Positions 34,980 through 43,988 of a stretch of DNA of 64,000 nt are shown here, one piece after another. This DNA comes from Candidatus Bathyarchaeota archaeon. GTDB lineage: Archaea > Thermoproteota > Bathyarchaeia > Bathyarchaeales > Bathyarchaeaceae. Numbering within the stretch: position 1 is the first letter of the stretch; each line of letters opens with the position of its first letter. The notes below the pieces were generated by a model. That model had not been told where the DNA came from. It searched no databases and saw only the letters and a list, made by a program, of their open reading frames with translations. A program made the position numbers and the translations under genes. The stretch is taken from contig JAUWZP010000001.1 in assembly GCA_030615265.1 (NCBI GenBank), positions 6,225 to 70,224 on the forward strand. The letters are read 5' to 3'.

Positions 34980-35678
34980 TTAGGTGGCTGACGCTTCCGT
35001 TTGCTGAGCAGTTGTTTCTCGACGTTCAACCACGTTTTCGGCTGGTTCATATGGCTTCATTGGTTCTGCTGCAACTGCTGGTTTAGCTGGCTCTGGTGCT
35101 TTCGCTACTTGCGGTACCGGGGCAGCTTTGGCCGTTTCAACCGTTTTAGCTGTCTCAGCCACCTTAGTTTGCTCTCCAGTTTTTAAACTCTTAACTGGGA
35201 CCCCTTGCCCGTTAGATGAAAGCAGGTCAGGCGGAGGATAAATCGTGCCTATAACCGAGGCAAGCATGTAAATCGCTGTGAAAACGTGTTGATACACGCG
35301 GTGAAAAACAAAAGGAACCTTACTTTCAGGGTCAACCTCCAACACCTTATCGATAAGTGCATCCTTACCAGTTAAAGTTGCGCTACCTCCAACCTCGTAT
35401 TTTACAACGCTGGGCTTAGTTCGTACGGTTAGCGCAAACAAAACAATAACTCTTCCACTTCGACGCTCCTTCTCCTCCAACTTCGCGCTCACATCAAACC
35501 TGACGGGCTCAGCTCCCACGTCTCCAGACAGCTTCACCCCTGACAAATTGGTAATTTCCACAAAGACTGAAACGTCTACCCATCTCACCGAAGACTCGAT
35601 CTTTGACACACTCCCCAAGAGAAAACTACAATTACAAACCCTTCGGTCCACAACCCTCCAAACAAACCCTAAAGTCAA
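34980..35678 (-). CDS. hypothetical protein with Pro/Ala/Lys-rich C-terminal tail
   Basis: 232 aa ORF of uncertain start. A beta-rich core ends in ...FHRVYQHVFTAIYMLASVIGTIYPPPDLL, faintly SecB-like, followed by a low-complexity tail (AKAAPVPQVAKAPEPAKPAVAAEPMKP). Confidence 0.4.
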   Translation of the reverse strand: MTLGFVWRVVDRRVCNCSFLLGSVSKIESSVRWVDVSVFVEITNLSGVKLSGDVGAEPVRFDVSAKLEEKERRSGRVIVLFALTVRTKPSVVKYEVGGSATLTGKDALIDKVLEVDPESKVPFVFHRVYQHVFTAIYMLASVIGTIYPPPDLLSSNGQGVPVKSLKTGEQTKVAETAKTVETAKAAPVPQVAKAPEPAKPAVAAEPMKPYEPAENVVERRETTAQQTEASAT

Positions 35679-35880
35679 AAAGCAAAGTCATTTTGTGTGT
35701 ACCACTATGCTACACACACCCTTAACGCGAGGGTTCATAGTCAGTTGTGCACGACTTAAGTTTCAAAACAAAGCATAACTAAACTGCTACGAAAGAAGGG
35801 CACAGACCATGACTTATTCGGCTGCAAAACGCGCGAAAAAAGAAGAATTAGATTCCATGAAATATGACTTAACCATGCGG

Positions 35881-36432
35881 TTAGGTGTAGACTTCTTTTA
35901 ACATGGAAAAGTCTGCAGAGAAATTGAATTTTTCCGTGAATTCCTTGTCTCTTTTATGGCGTAAAACTATTTTTTCGGGCACTCCATTGTTAACATAGGT
36001 TATGTAGATTATGTCTTTTCCGAGAGTTGACTTCTCCAGATTCTCTATTGAGCTTTTAACCTTGTTAAGTTGTTCTATCTTTCCATTTATTTCCTCGATG
36101 GCGTCAAAAAGTATCTCGGCTTCTCCTTGCTCACTCGCGCTTAGCATGATGCCTTTGTAGGAGATCCACTCTGTGGATGTACCCTCCTTCTTTTTCTTTT
36201 CTTTTTTCCCCTCTTTTTTGATTTTCCCCTTCTGAGATTTTTGAAATGTTGACAGACTTTTGAACCATTCTTCATCGCCATGTGTCGCTTCCATGTCTCT
36301 GAGGAAGGACCCCAACCATTGACTGTACTCGTCGGCAACAGCCTTATAATGAGCGATCTCCTCCTCGATGCTTTCACGTAAGTTGCGCAAGGAATAGAAA
36401 CTGCGGATTTCAGTTGACAGATTTTCCAACAA
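35881..36432 (-). CDS. hypothetical coiled-coil protein with poly-Lys/Glu linker
   Basis: 183 aa with helical heptad-like N- and mid-regions and a KGKIKKEGKKEKKKKEG linker. No family recognised. Confidence 0.4.
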   Translation of the reverse strand: MLENLSTEIRSFYSLRNLRESIEEEIAHYKAVADEYSQWLGSFLRDMEATHGDEEWFKSLSTFQKSQKGKIKKEGKKEKKKKEGTSTEWISYKGIMLSASEQGEAEILFDAIEEINGKIEQLNKVKSSIENLEKSTLGKDIIYITYVNNGVPEKIVLRHKRDKEFTEKFNFSADFSMLKEVYT

Positions 36433-36451
36433 TGTTAAGTTCTCTCCTTGT

Positions 36452-36703
36452 TCATTCTATTCTCCTCACTGTAACCTTTCTGTTTAGCTGCTTTAGAACC
36501 TGCTGAAGGAGAACACAGAGTTCTTTAATACGTATCTCCTCTTGCAAGATAAATTCTCTTAATTCCAAGGTTTCTTCGTTCATGACACTGAAAGACTCTT
36601 GCATTTGGCCACCTGAAGATTGGTAACGGCGAGGAAGAGTTTCTCCTTTAATGTGTCCTTTGGAGTTCTCAACACTCTTCTCTTCAACTTCAGCTTTTTC
36701 CAA
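36452..36703 (-). CDS. hypothetical small helical protein
   Basis: 83 aa, 19 nt upstream of the previous gene on the same strand. No family recognised. Confidence 0.35.
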   Translation of the reverse strand: MEKAEVEEKSVENSKGHIKGETLPRRYQSSGGQMQESFSVMNEETLELREFILQEEIRIKELCVLLQQVLKQLNRKVTVRRIE

Positions 36704-36916
36704 TAACCTTGCCTCCGGAGACTTGTTCGAACATTATTTCGTTGCTTTAAACGATAGGATGAGACCATATGAGAATTTGTATATAGCGTCGTGCTACGCA
36801 CTGGACAAGTTATCAAAGTTTGACTCGCAATATGAATTGTCAATTCAGAAGTATAAAATATAGAGATAGTAGACATTCGCTTTCGATGTCAATTCCAAAT
36901 TAGATTCAAACACGGA

Positions 36917-37843
36917 ATGTTGGCGTTCATGGAAACCCTCGCAAAAAAACCTGAAACCGTTGTCAAGCTATATGACGATAAGGCAGGGCTGTACAAATTT
37001 GTAATGAAGGATAAAGGTCCGCTGAAAAGCCTTGAAACAATTGGAAACGCTCTTCAAAAACTGGGGCTTTCCAAAAATGAGATTAGGGTTTATGTTTACC
37101 TTGCGAGAACTGGAATGTGTAAGGCGAGCGAGATTTCTGAGGCTATTTCTCTTCATCGAACTGAAACATACAGGATTCTGCGAGACCTCGAGAAGATCGG
37201 TTTGGTGTCCTCTGTTTTCGAGAAGCCGCTGAAGTTTGTAGCTACTCCTTTTGAAAAGACGTTAGACCTTCTGATAAACTGCAAGAAACTCAAGCTGCAA
37301 CTTCTTGAAAGAAAAAAGAAAGGTCTTGTTGACTTGTGGGGAGCTCTTCCTAAGCCAGAGATAGAATTTGTGAAGAGAGAAGTTTTCCAGATACTGGAAG
37401 GGGACGAGCAGATTAACTTAAAGGCCGAAGAAATTTTAGCAAAAACCAAAAAGGAAATCTGGGTGTTCCTATGCGATTCAGATATTTCCCGTTTTTATCA
37501 TTCCGGGTTCCTGGATGAACTGGAGAGATTCGCAAAGAAGGATTTGTCTGCGCGGCTTTTGACAAGTGATTCAGCTAAGAGTTGTTTCTTCGTTAAAAAG
37601 CTGAAGCTCAACGATGTTAAATGCTTGTCAAAATGCCCTAACGATCTTCCAAGCTTTATCATAGTTGACCAGGAGCATCTTCTTTTCTTAATCAGAAGAA
37701 ATAGTGAGCAAAGCGACGATGTGGAACAGAAAAGAGGGAAACTTGCGGCTCTCTGGACAAATTATGAGGCTTTTATCAAAGCTTTGAGTGCACTCTTTAC
37801 GGAATTGTGGAGCACAGAAATGCGACTTGAACCAGTAAGATAG
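36917..37843 (+). CDS. TrmB-family transcriptional regulator
   Basis: LQKLGLSKNEIRVYVYLARTGMCKASEISEAISLHRTETYRILRDLEKIGLV matches the TrmB N-terminal wHTH. The C-terminal domain is of TrmB-like length. Confidence 0.75.
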   Translation: MLAFMETLAKKPETVVKLYDDKAGLYKFVMKDKGPLKSLETIGNALQKLGLSKNEIRVYVYLARTGMCKASEISEAISLHRTETYRILRDLEKIGLVSSVFEKPLKFVATPFEKTLDLLINCKKLKLQLLERKKKGLVDLWGALPKPEIEFVKREVFQILEGDEQINLKAEEILAKTKKEIWVFLCDSDISRFYHSGFLDELERFAKKDLSARLLTSDSAKSCFFVKKLKLNDVKCLSKCPNDLPSFIIVDQEHLLFLIRRNSEQSDDVEQKRGKLAALWTNYEAFIKALSALFTELWSTEMRLEPVR

Positions 37844-37913
37844 TAATTGGATAATTCCTTGGAATTTTGATTGAATTCGTCATCTGAATTTTAGGTTAAA
37901 ATTTTTAGAGTGC

Positions 37914-37928
37914 GTAGCAGACTGCTAC
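37914..37928. promoter_or_regulatory. perfect palindrome GTAGCAGaCTGCTAC upstream of pilin gene 1 (candidate operator)
   Basis: It lies about 70 nt upstream of the ATG at 37997 and about 35 nt upstream of a TATA-like TTAAATAAAAA (37962-37972). It belongs to the GTAG-N7-CTAC series. Confidence 0.5.
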
Positions 37929-37996
37929 AGATGAATCCTATTAGTTCACTTCATCATATGCTTAAATAAAAAGCACTGTTTGAGGCGAAAGACTGT

Positions 37997-38560
37997 ATGA
38001 AACGGCTCATAAAAGATAGGAAGGGATTGAGCACAGTTGTTACTACACTGATTATTCTAGTAGTCGCTATTTTGCTAGCCACCGTTGTTACTTTCTATGC
38101 CATCAACGTTACAACGACTAGGGTTCAAGAGGAAAGTCTGCAGATCTTTAAACAGCATATCTGGCATAATGGCACGACTTATGCAGAAGGCGCATTTCTA
38201 GTAATCAATACTGGCGGTCGCGATCTTGTCATAGATAAGATCGCTGTCCGTGGTCAAGAATCCGCATGGAGCACAGTATACTACAACAAAACCACCAATG
38301 CAATTTCGGCTGACCTGACATACATCACGCCATTGACTAACGGTACACTAGTGGGCAAAAACTCGACTATAGGAGGAACTGACTACCCCTTAACTCAAGC
38401 TAGCGATGATTTGATATTGAAGTCTGGCTGGAGCATGATTGTCTACATCACGAACCCTGACAGCATATCGGTGAGTGATATAGGCGTTACTGTAGGGTTC
38501 ACAGCCTTCACTTCGAATGCTCAATACTACAAAGAGACAAACGTAGAAGCATCGGTGTAA
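37997..38560 (+). CDS. archaeal type IV pilin (class III signal peptide), paralog 1
   Basis: MKRLIKDRKG/LSTVVTTLIILVVAILLATVV has the K-G cleavage motif followed by a hydrophobic helix (DUF1628-type). Several N-x-S/T sequons. Confidence 0.8.
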   Translation: MKRLIKDRKGLSTVVTTLIILVVAILLATVVTFYAINVTTTRVQEESLQIFKQHIWHNGTTYAEGAFLVINTGGRDLVIDKIAVRGQESAWSTVYYNKTTNAISADLTYITPLTNGTLVGKNSTIGGTDYPLTQASDDLILKSGWSMIVYITNPDSISVSDIGVTVGFTAFTSNAQYYKETNVEASV

Positions 38561-38662
38561 ACAACTTTCCTTTTTTTCTTATTTGTTCTTCAATGGTATT
38601 TTTAGAGAATGCTTAACCAAGCTAGTTCAACGAGGTATGGTACATTAATTCGTTTTAGAATT

Positions 38663-38700
38663 GTAGTACTGTTCTACGTGGGTGTGTAGTGCTGTTCTAC
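38663..38700. promoter_or_regulatory. tandem GTAG-N7-CTAC motifs (GTAGTACTGTTCTAC, GTAGTGCTGTTCTAC) upstream of pilin gene 2
   Basis: The two copies are 8 nt apart, 60-95 nt upstream of the ATG at 38759, and are followed by the conserved block GCACAAATTATCTTAT. Confidence 0.5.
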
Positions 38701-38758
38701 GCACAAATTATCTTATTTCTTAAGATACAAACTCCCGTCGTCAAACGGAGATAAAAAA

Positions 38759-39331
38759 ATGAAAAGTCTCTTGAAGAGTAAAAAAGGGCTCAGCACCGTA
38801 GTGACAACGCTGATCATCTTGGTGGTCTCAGTGCTACTGGCAACTGTCGTTACTTTCTACGCTATCAACGTAACTACCACGAGAGTACAAGAGGAAAGTT
38901 TGCAGATGTTTAAACAGCACATTTGGCATAACGGTACCACGCATTCAGAAGGCGCATTTCTAGTAATCAATACTGGCGGTCGCGATTTCGTCCTAGACAA
39001 GATTGCTGTCAGAGGACAAGAAAGCAATTGGACCAACATATGGTACTCCAAAACAACGAACTCCATCTCAGCAGATCTGCCATACGTGACACCAGAAACC
39101 GACGGCACATTAAACGGTACTGATATGGTAACTGTCAGCGCGAATACATACAACTTTACACGGGGTTCAGTCGGAGAAGACTTAATATTGAAGTCTGGTT
39201 GGAGCATGATTGTCTACCTCACGTATCCCGACAGCGTTTCAGTAAGCGACATCGGTGTCACAATAGGAATCACGATACACACAGCAACCGCTCAATACTA
39301 CAAAGAAACCAACGTAGAAGCATCTGTTTAG
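38759..39331 (+). CDS. archaeal type IV pilin (class III signal peptide), paralog 2
   Basis: MKSLLKSKKG/LSTVVTTLIILVVSVLLATVV. Nearly identical to paralog 1 at the N- and C-termini and divergent in the central part. Confidence 0.8.
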   Translation: MKSLLKSKKGLSTVVTTLIILVVSVLLATVVTFYAINVTTTRVQEESLQMFKQHIWHNGTTHSEGAFLVINTGGRDFVLDKIAVRGQESNWTNIWYSKTTNSISADLPYVTPETDGTLNGTDMVTVSANTYNFTRGSVGEDLILKSGWSMIVYLTYPDSVSVSDIGVTIGITIHTATAQYYKETNVEASV

Positions 39332-39340
39332 AAAAGAAGC

Positions 39341-39372
39341 CCTACCCCCCTTTCTTTTTCCCCCCCTTTTTT
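39341..39372 (+). terminator. pyrimidine-rich C/T tract after pilin gene 2 (probable oligo-T terminator)
   Basis: CCTACCCCCCTTTCTTTTTCCCCCCCTTTTTT starts 10 nt after the stop codon. Confidence 0.5.
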
Positions 39373-39419
39373 ATGAAAAAATTACGGTATCTTAGAATAC
39401 GTATGCTGTATTCTGATGT

Positions 39420-39434
39420 GTAGTACTGATTTAC
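39420..39434. promoter_or_regulatory. GTAGTACTGATTTAC motif plus conserved ACACAAATCATCTTAT block upstream of the pilus assembly operon
   Basis: About 36 nt (39417-39453) are homologous to 38683-38720 upstream of pilin 2. Confidence 0.45.
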
Positions 39435-39548
39435 ACACAAATCATCTTATCTATTATCCTATCAGAAGTCCTTCCCACGAAAAAGGGAGAAGAGAAAACC
39501 AGCTGTATTTCACAACTGGTTCTCTCCAATCCTTTTCACTGTAGGGGA

Positions 39549-40394
39549 GTGCGTTACATGGAGAAACACAAGCGTAGGGAAAATTCGCCGAACCTCCTAT
39601 CTTCTCAGAGAGGAATAGCTCTTCCTGTTACTTTTTTGATGCTATTTGTTTCTCTAGTTCTGTTAATTTCAGCCACCTACTATTTTTCGATAAGCAGAAT
39701 CAGCGCAAAAACTCAAGCATTAAAAGTTTCGGGTGCAGAACAAGGAATGCTTTCACTTGAAAAAATCGTTAAATTTGTGGCTTGGTCCCCTGGCTCTTAC
39801 GAAATTTACGAGTTCGATGATTTCGGAGGCGAGTTCGGGGTTGTGCCAACCGCAAAAAGATTGGTACTGAACTTAACCGATGATTCTTCTTTTTATGATG
39901 TTTTCTTTAACAGTACTATTGGGAAAGTTGTCTATGAATTGCCTCCTTCAGAAACAATTGATAACCTTTTCTTAAAAGGAGACAATCGTGTCATTGTGAA
40001 TCAAAGTTCATCCACGATGACTCAGCTATACATTTCTCAAGGCACAGAATATTATGAGATAACGCTTTCATATCGTCCTTCGGCTGGCTCAACAGTCACA
40101 GGCTCAAGCAGTGGGAAACCCGTGAACAATCTGCGAGTCTACATAATTAACCTTAATTCGTCACAGAACATAACACGGCTTGGAAACTTCCGTCTCAAAG
40201 TAACTAGCGTAAATGTTACCTCTAGTTGGCGAACCTACAATTTCACAGATCCAATAACATCTCTATTGGTGAAAGCAAGTATAGATGGAACTAACAGCGA
40301 GGTTTCCTTGCCCATCACAAGTAACCCAACCGGCGCCATAGTCAACTTGGAGACGGTGACCTGCAACATTAAAACGGAAGATGTAGGCTGGTGA
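39549..40394 (+). CDS. pilin-like protein (class III signal peptide), probable minor pilin/assembly component
   Basis: ...SSQRG/IALPVTFLMLFVSLVLLISATYYF N-terminus and a sequon-rich beta-type body. First gene of a tightly packed operon. Confidence 0.6.
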   Translation: MRYMEKHKRRENSPNLLSSQRGIALPVTFLMLFVSLVLLISATYYFSISRISAKTQALKVSGAEQGMLSLEKIVKFVAWSPGSYEIYEFDDFGGEFGVVPTAKRLVLNLTDDSSFYDVFFNSTIGKVVYELPPSETIDNLFLKGDNRVIVNQSSSTMTQLYISQGTEYYEITLSYRPSAGSTVTGSSSGKPVNNLRVYIINLNSSQNITRLGNFRLKVTSVNVTSSWRTYNFTDPITSLLVKASIDGTNSEVSLPITSNPTGAIVNLETVTCNIKTEDVGW

Positions 40395-40401
40395 TGACAG
40401 T

Positions 40402-40854
40402 TTGCCATCAATTCTCCCAAGTCACATCTACACCCTAGTTGCTTTATCCGCTGTTTGCACAATTCTACTCGCTTCACTTAACGCCTATACAACCTCTCTA
40501 AAAGCTACACCTGAGATAGAACAACTGGAAAACATGATTAACCATGTTGCGGCAAAGGGAAACGAACTTTTAACAATAGTAGCTACAACAAACTCTTCAG
40601 CACAGGTTTCCATTCAACTACCCGCAACAATCGGATATAAGCAATATTGGATACGCGTCCGCAATGACTCCTCAAGCGCGTGGCTAGAAGGCTCTTTAGG
40701 CCAAATAATTGAAAATGAATCGATACATCGAGTTTACTTGCCTAAAAGAACATCCGCATCAGGCTACTACATAGGAGGATACGGACCAGCAATCTTAGAG
40801 TGTGCCATGAACGGTTCAACCCCACAGCTTAATCTCTCTTCTTTAGGAGGCTAA
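40402..40854 (+). CDS. pilin-like/pilus accessory protein with N-terminal hydrophobic helix
   Basis: MPSILPSHIYTLVALSAVCTILLASL N-terminus. 7-nt gap from the previous gene. Confidence 0.45.
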   Translation: MPSILPSHIYTLVALSAVCTILLASLNAYTTSLKATPEIEQLENMINHVAAKGNELLTIVATTNSSAQVSIQLPATIGYKQYWIRVRNDSSSAWLEGSLGQIIENESIHRVYLPKRTSASGYYIGGYGPAILECAMNGSTPQLNLSSLGG

Positions 40855-40859
40855 CGCAA

Positions 40860-42461
40860 GTGAAACTTAAGATAAAAAAAAGGAAAGGAGACAAAAAACA
40901 AGAGGAAAGCGCATCTGAGGAGCCTCATGTAGAAACCTTACTTGGACAATTAGGTCTCAGGCAACATGGACCCCCCGAAGGATACATCAAAGTAGAAACC
41001 TACCCCCTCAAACCACCATTCTCTTATGCTTCAATAGTCCAAAATGAAAACACAGCTGAGCTCCTGTACATAATTGACGAGCTTCCTCTGGAAAAAGAGG
41101 AGAGAGAAGCACACGACCGCATGAGAAACGTGCTTGAATACGAGTTAAAGGCACCAGAAGGAGAAGAAAGCCTAAGCGAATCTTTTCATCGACAACTGCC
41201 GATAATTACCGAAAATCATCCTAAGACAACCATGGGAATTTCGCAAATTGGCATCCGAAAAATCCAGTATTACTTAGAACGAAGCATCATAGGCTATGGA
41301 AAAATTGAACCTTTAATACATGACCCATACGTAGAAGACATAAGTTGCGGCGGCATTGGCAAGCCAATTTTTCTTTGGCACAGAGTCTACGAAAACATCA
41401 AAACCAACATTTTCTTCAACACCGAAGAAGAAGTGAACAACTTTGTTATGAGAATAGTTCACAAAGCTGGAAAACACGTCAGCATTGCCTTTCCAATAGT
41501 GGACGTAACCTTGCCTGGCAAGCATCGTTTGGCTGTCTCCTACGGAAGAGAAACAACTCCTTCTGGAACAAGCTTCACAATAAGGAAATTCCGTAAAGAC
41601 CCGTTCACCATAGTTGATCTAATTGAAAACGAGACATTAGACGAGTCTGTAGCGGCTTATCTTTGGCTCCTTGTAGAAAATAAGATGCCCATCATGATTA
41701 TAGGTGCCACTGGCGCTGGCAAAACCACAGCCTTAAACGCAATCGCATGTTTGATTCGTCCCAGCTACAAGATAATCACGGTAGAAGAAGTTGCTGAAAT
41801 AAACCTGCCCCATGAAAACTGGACTTCAACCATTGCACGTTCCGGCTTTGGAGCAGAAAAGGAGGGCGAAATAACCCTTTATGACCTTATAAAATCGTCT
41901 GTAAGACACCGCCCAGACCTAATAATCGTAGGCGAAATAAGAGGCGAAGAGGCATATGTGCTGTTTCAAGCGCTCGCCACAGGACACGGTGGACTTTGTA
42001 CCATGCACGCTGATGATGTTGAAACCGCTGTTAAGAGGCTTACTCAACCTCCAATGAATATTCCAGCGTCTATTATTACATTAATGAAATGTGTAATCGC
42101 TGTAAGACATGTTCGAACACCAGTCTTTCTAGAGTCCGGTAGGAGATTGTCAAGTAGAAAATTTGTACAAGTTTCTGAGATAAGAGATGCCAGCTCAACT
42201 GTTGATGTGTTCGATTGGAACGCTTCGTCTGATATTTTTCAAGAAAAGCTTGAGAAAAGCATCTTTTTTAAGCGTATAGCAAAAAGGCTGGACATATCTC
42301 TTGAGCAGTTAATCGACGAATTTGAATACCGCAAAAAAGTGTTGCTAACCATGGTAGAACACAACGTAAGAGACTATCGAAGCGTCAACAGGGTTCTAAG
42401 CAAATACTATCACAACCCAAGCGCCTTGCATGGTGAATCATTAAGAAATTTCAAGTGGTGA
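40860..42461 (+). CDS. type II/IV secretion-family assembly ATPase (FlaI/PilB/TadA-like)
   Basis: Walker A IIGATGAGKTTALNA, Walker B/Asp box DLIIVGEIRGEEA and His box ATGHGGLCTMHAD. Confidence 0.9.
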   Translation: MKLKIKKRKGDKKQEESASEEPHVETLLGQLGLRQHGPPEGYIKVETYPLKPPFSYASIVQNENTAELLYIIDELPLEKEEREAHDRMRNVLEYELKAPEGEESLSESFHRQLPIITENHPKTTMGISQIGIRKIQYYLERSIIGYGKIEPLIHDPYVEDISCGGIGKPIFLWHRVYENIKTNIFFNTEEEVNNFVMRIVHKAGKHVSIAFPIVDVTLPGKHRLAVSYGRETTPSGTSFTIRKFRKDPFTIVDLIENETLDESVAAYLWLLVENKMPIMIIGATGAGKTTALNAIACLIRPSYKIITVEEVAEINLPHENWTSTIARSGFGAEKEGEITLYDLIKSSVRHRPDLIIVGEIRGEEAYVLFQALATGHGGLCTMHADDVETAVKRLTQPPMNIPASIITLMKCVIAVRHVRTPVFLESGRRLSSRKFVQVSEIRDASSTVDVFDWNASSDIFQEKLEKSIFFKRIAKRLDISLEQLIDEFEYRKKVLLTMVEHNVRDYRSVNRVLSKYYHNPSALHGESLRNFKW

Positions 42462-42467
42462 CCCATT

Positions 42468-43976
42468 TTGCTAAAAACTCGGGGCAAAAGGAACATCTTT
42501 GGTCGGATACTTAGTCTACTCTCTAAAGAGAAATCTGGAGAAATTGACCGTGAGTTGCCCTTCGCCGTGATGATGTTCACCACATTGGCTGCAAGCGGCG
42601 TTACACTTTATGAAAGTTGGAAAAAAATGCGCGTTGTTCATCTTCTCCCTAAAATTCAAAAAGACGCTGAAGATGTGGTTCGACAAGTCGAAGTTTTGGG
42701 TTATGATCCTCTCACTGTTATGGAGAAAAAAGCTGAGAAAACCACTTCGAAACTATATCGGGACTTTTTGGCTGGATTTGTTTCCTCAGTTAGGAGTGGA
42801 GGCAACGTTGTCAGCTTCTTGAAAAGCAAGTTGCATTCGATTTTGGAGATTCAGAATGCAGCCGCAACACGGTCAATTGAAAAGTTGGGAGCGCTTGTTG
42901 AGACTTATGCTGTCATGCTGATAGTGATTCTTTGCACTTACATCTTGTACGTCGTGATGTCTTCGACTTCGATTTTCGAACTTAGGCAGACTGGCTCTGT
43001 AGCCTCAAGTGCTCCTGAACCCTTCATGTATGTCCTAATATTCTTGATAATGCCCTCAATTTCCATCGTGTTTATGGCAGTTGCTCATTTAGCCCGTAAA
43101 AGCAGCTTCATATCTCTTGGCTCCGTATACCGCAAAGTAATCGTTCCAGTTGTGGGCGCTTCAGCCTTCCTTATGTTGGTCATATTTGTGCCCCAAGTGC
43201 AGTTTATAATGGAATCATTCAGTTTGGCAGCGATTGTAACACTTTGCCTTATAGTTGTTTCTGTACCTTCAGCTCTTGCTTATCATCGAGTTGCAGTTGT
43301 GAATTTTGCAGCAGAAGAATCCATGCCAAGTTTTCTACGAGACGTTACCGAAGCAAGGAAAATTGGGCTATCTCCAGAAAAAAGTATCATTCATGCCTCA
43401 AAGAGAAGAGGTTACGGAAGATTCTCGGGGCTTCTGGAGCTTGTTAGAAGCCAAATAGAGTGGGGTGTCGCTTTGAAAAAAATATTTACCAACATTAGAA
43501 GGAAACTTCAAAGCTGGCCTGTGCTTGTTCACTTTTTCATCCTCGTTGAAACAATAGAAATTGGAGGCGGCTCTGCCAAGGCTTTGGAAATACTCGCTGA
43601 ATACTCTGAGAAAAACAGAGACATTGAGATGAATAAGCGGTCCATGCTCAAGCCCTACATTGTTTTAGCCTTTATTTGGAGTGTTTTAATAGCTTTTACA
43701 ACAACAATTGTGGCTGTAACAATATCCGTGCTTGTTCAGATTTCAGTTCCCGGCATGGCTCCATCATCTTTTGACGTTATGCAACAGCAGATAACTCTTT
43801 TTTCAATCGGCATAATCTTTCAAACTTGGATGTCAGGCTTCTTTGTAGGCAAGGTTAGCGAGGGCTCCTTTGCTGCGGGCTTCAAGTATTCTGCTATGTT
43901 GGCAGCTACGGCTTATGTTTCTCTTATACTGTCTCAGCATTTTATGGCTGGCTTATTCACGTCAGGCTACACCTAG
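42468..43976 (+). CDS. polytopic membrane platform protein (FlaJ/TadC, T2SS-F family)
   Basis: 502 aa with two repeated T2SSF-like halves, each with cytoplasmic helical bundles followed by TM helices. It lies immediately downstream of the ATPase. Confidence 0.8.
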   Translation: MLKTRGKRNIFGRILSLLSKEKSGEIDRELPFAVMMFTTLAASGVTLYESWKKMRVVHLLPKIQKDAEDVVRQVEVLGYDPLTVMEKKAEKTTSKLYRDFLAGFVSSVRSGGNVVSFLKSKLHSILEIQNAAATRSIEKLGALVETYAVMLIVILCTYILYVVMSSTSIFELRQTGSVASSAPEPFMYVLIFLIMPSISIVFMAVAHLARKSSFISLGSVYRKVIVPVVGASAFLMLVIFVPQVQFIMESFSLAAIVTLCLIVVSVPSALAYHRVAVVNFAAEESMPSFLRDVTEARKIGLSPEKSIIHASKRRGYGRFSGLLELVRSQIEWGVALKKIFTNIRRKLQSWPVLVHFFILVETIEIGGGSAKALEILAEYSEKNRDIEMNKRSMLKPYIVLAFIWSVLIAFTTTIVAVTISVLVQISVPGMAPSSFDVMQQQITLFSIGIIFQTWMSGFFVGKVSEGSFAAGFKYSAMLAATAYVSLILSQHFMAGLFTSGYT

Positions 43977-43988
43977 GGGAGCTTTCTG

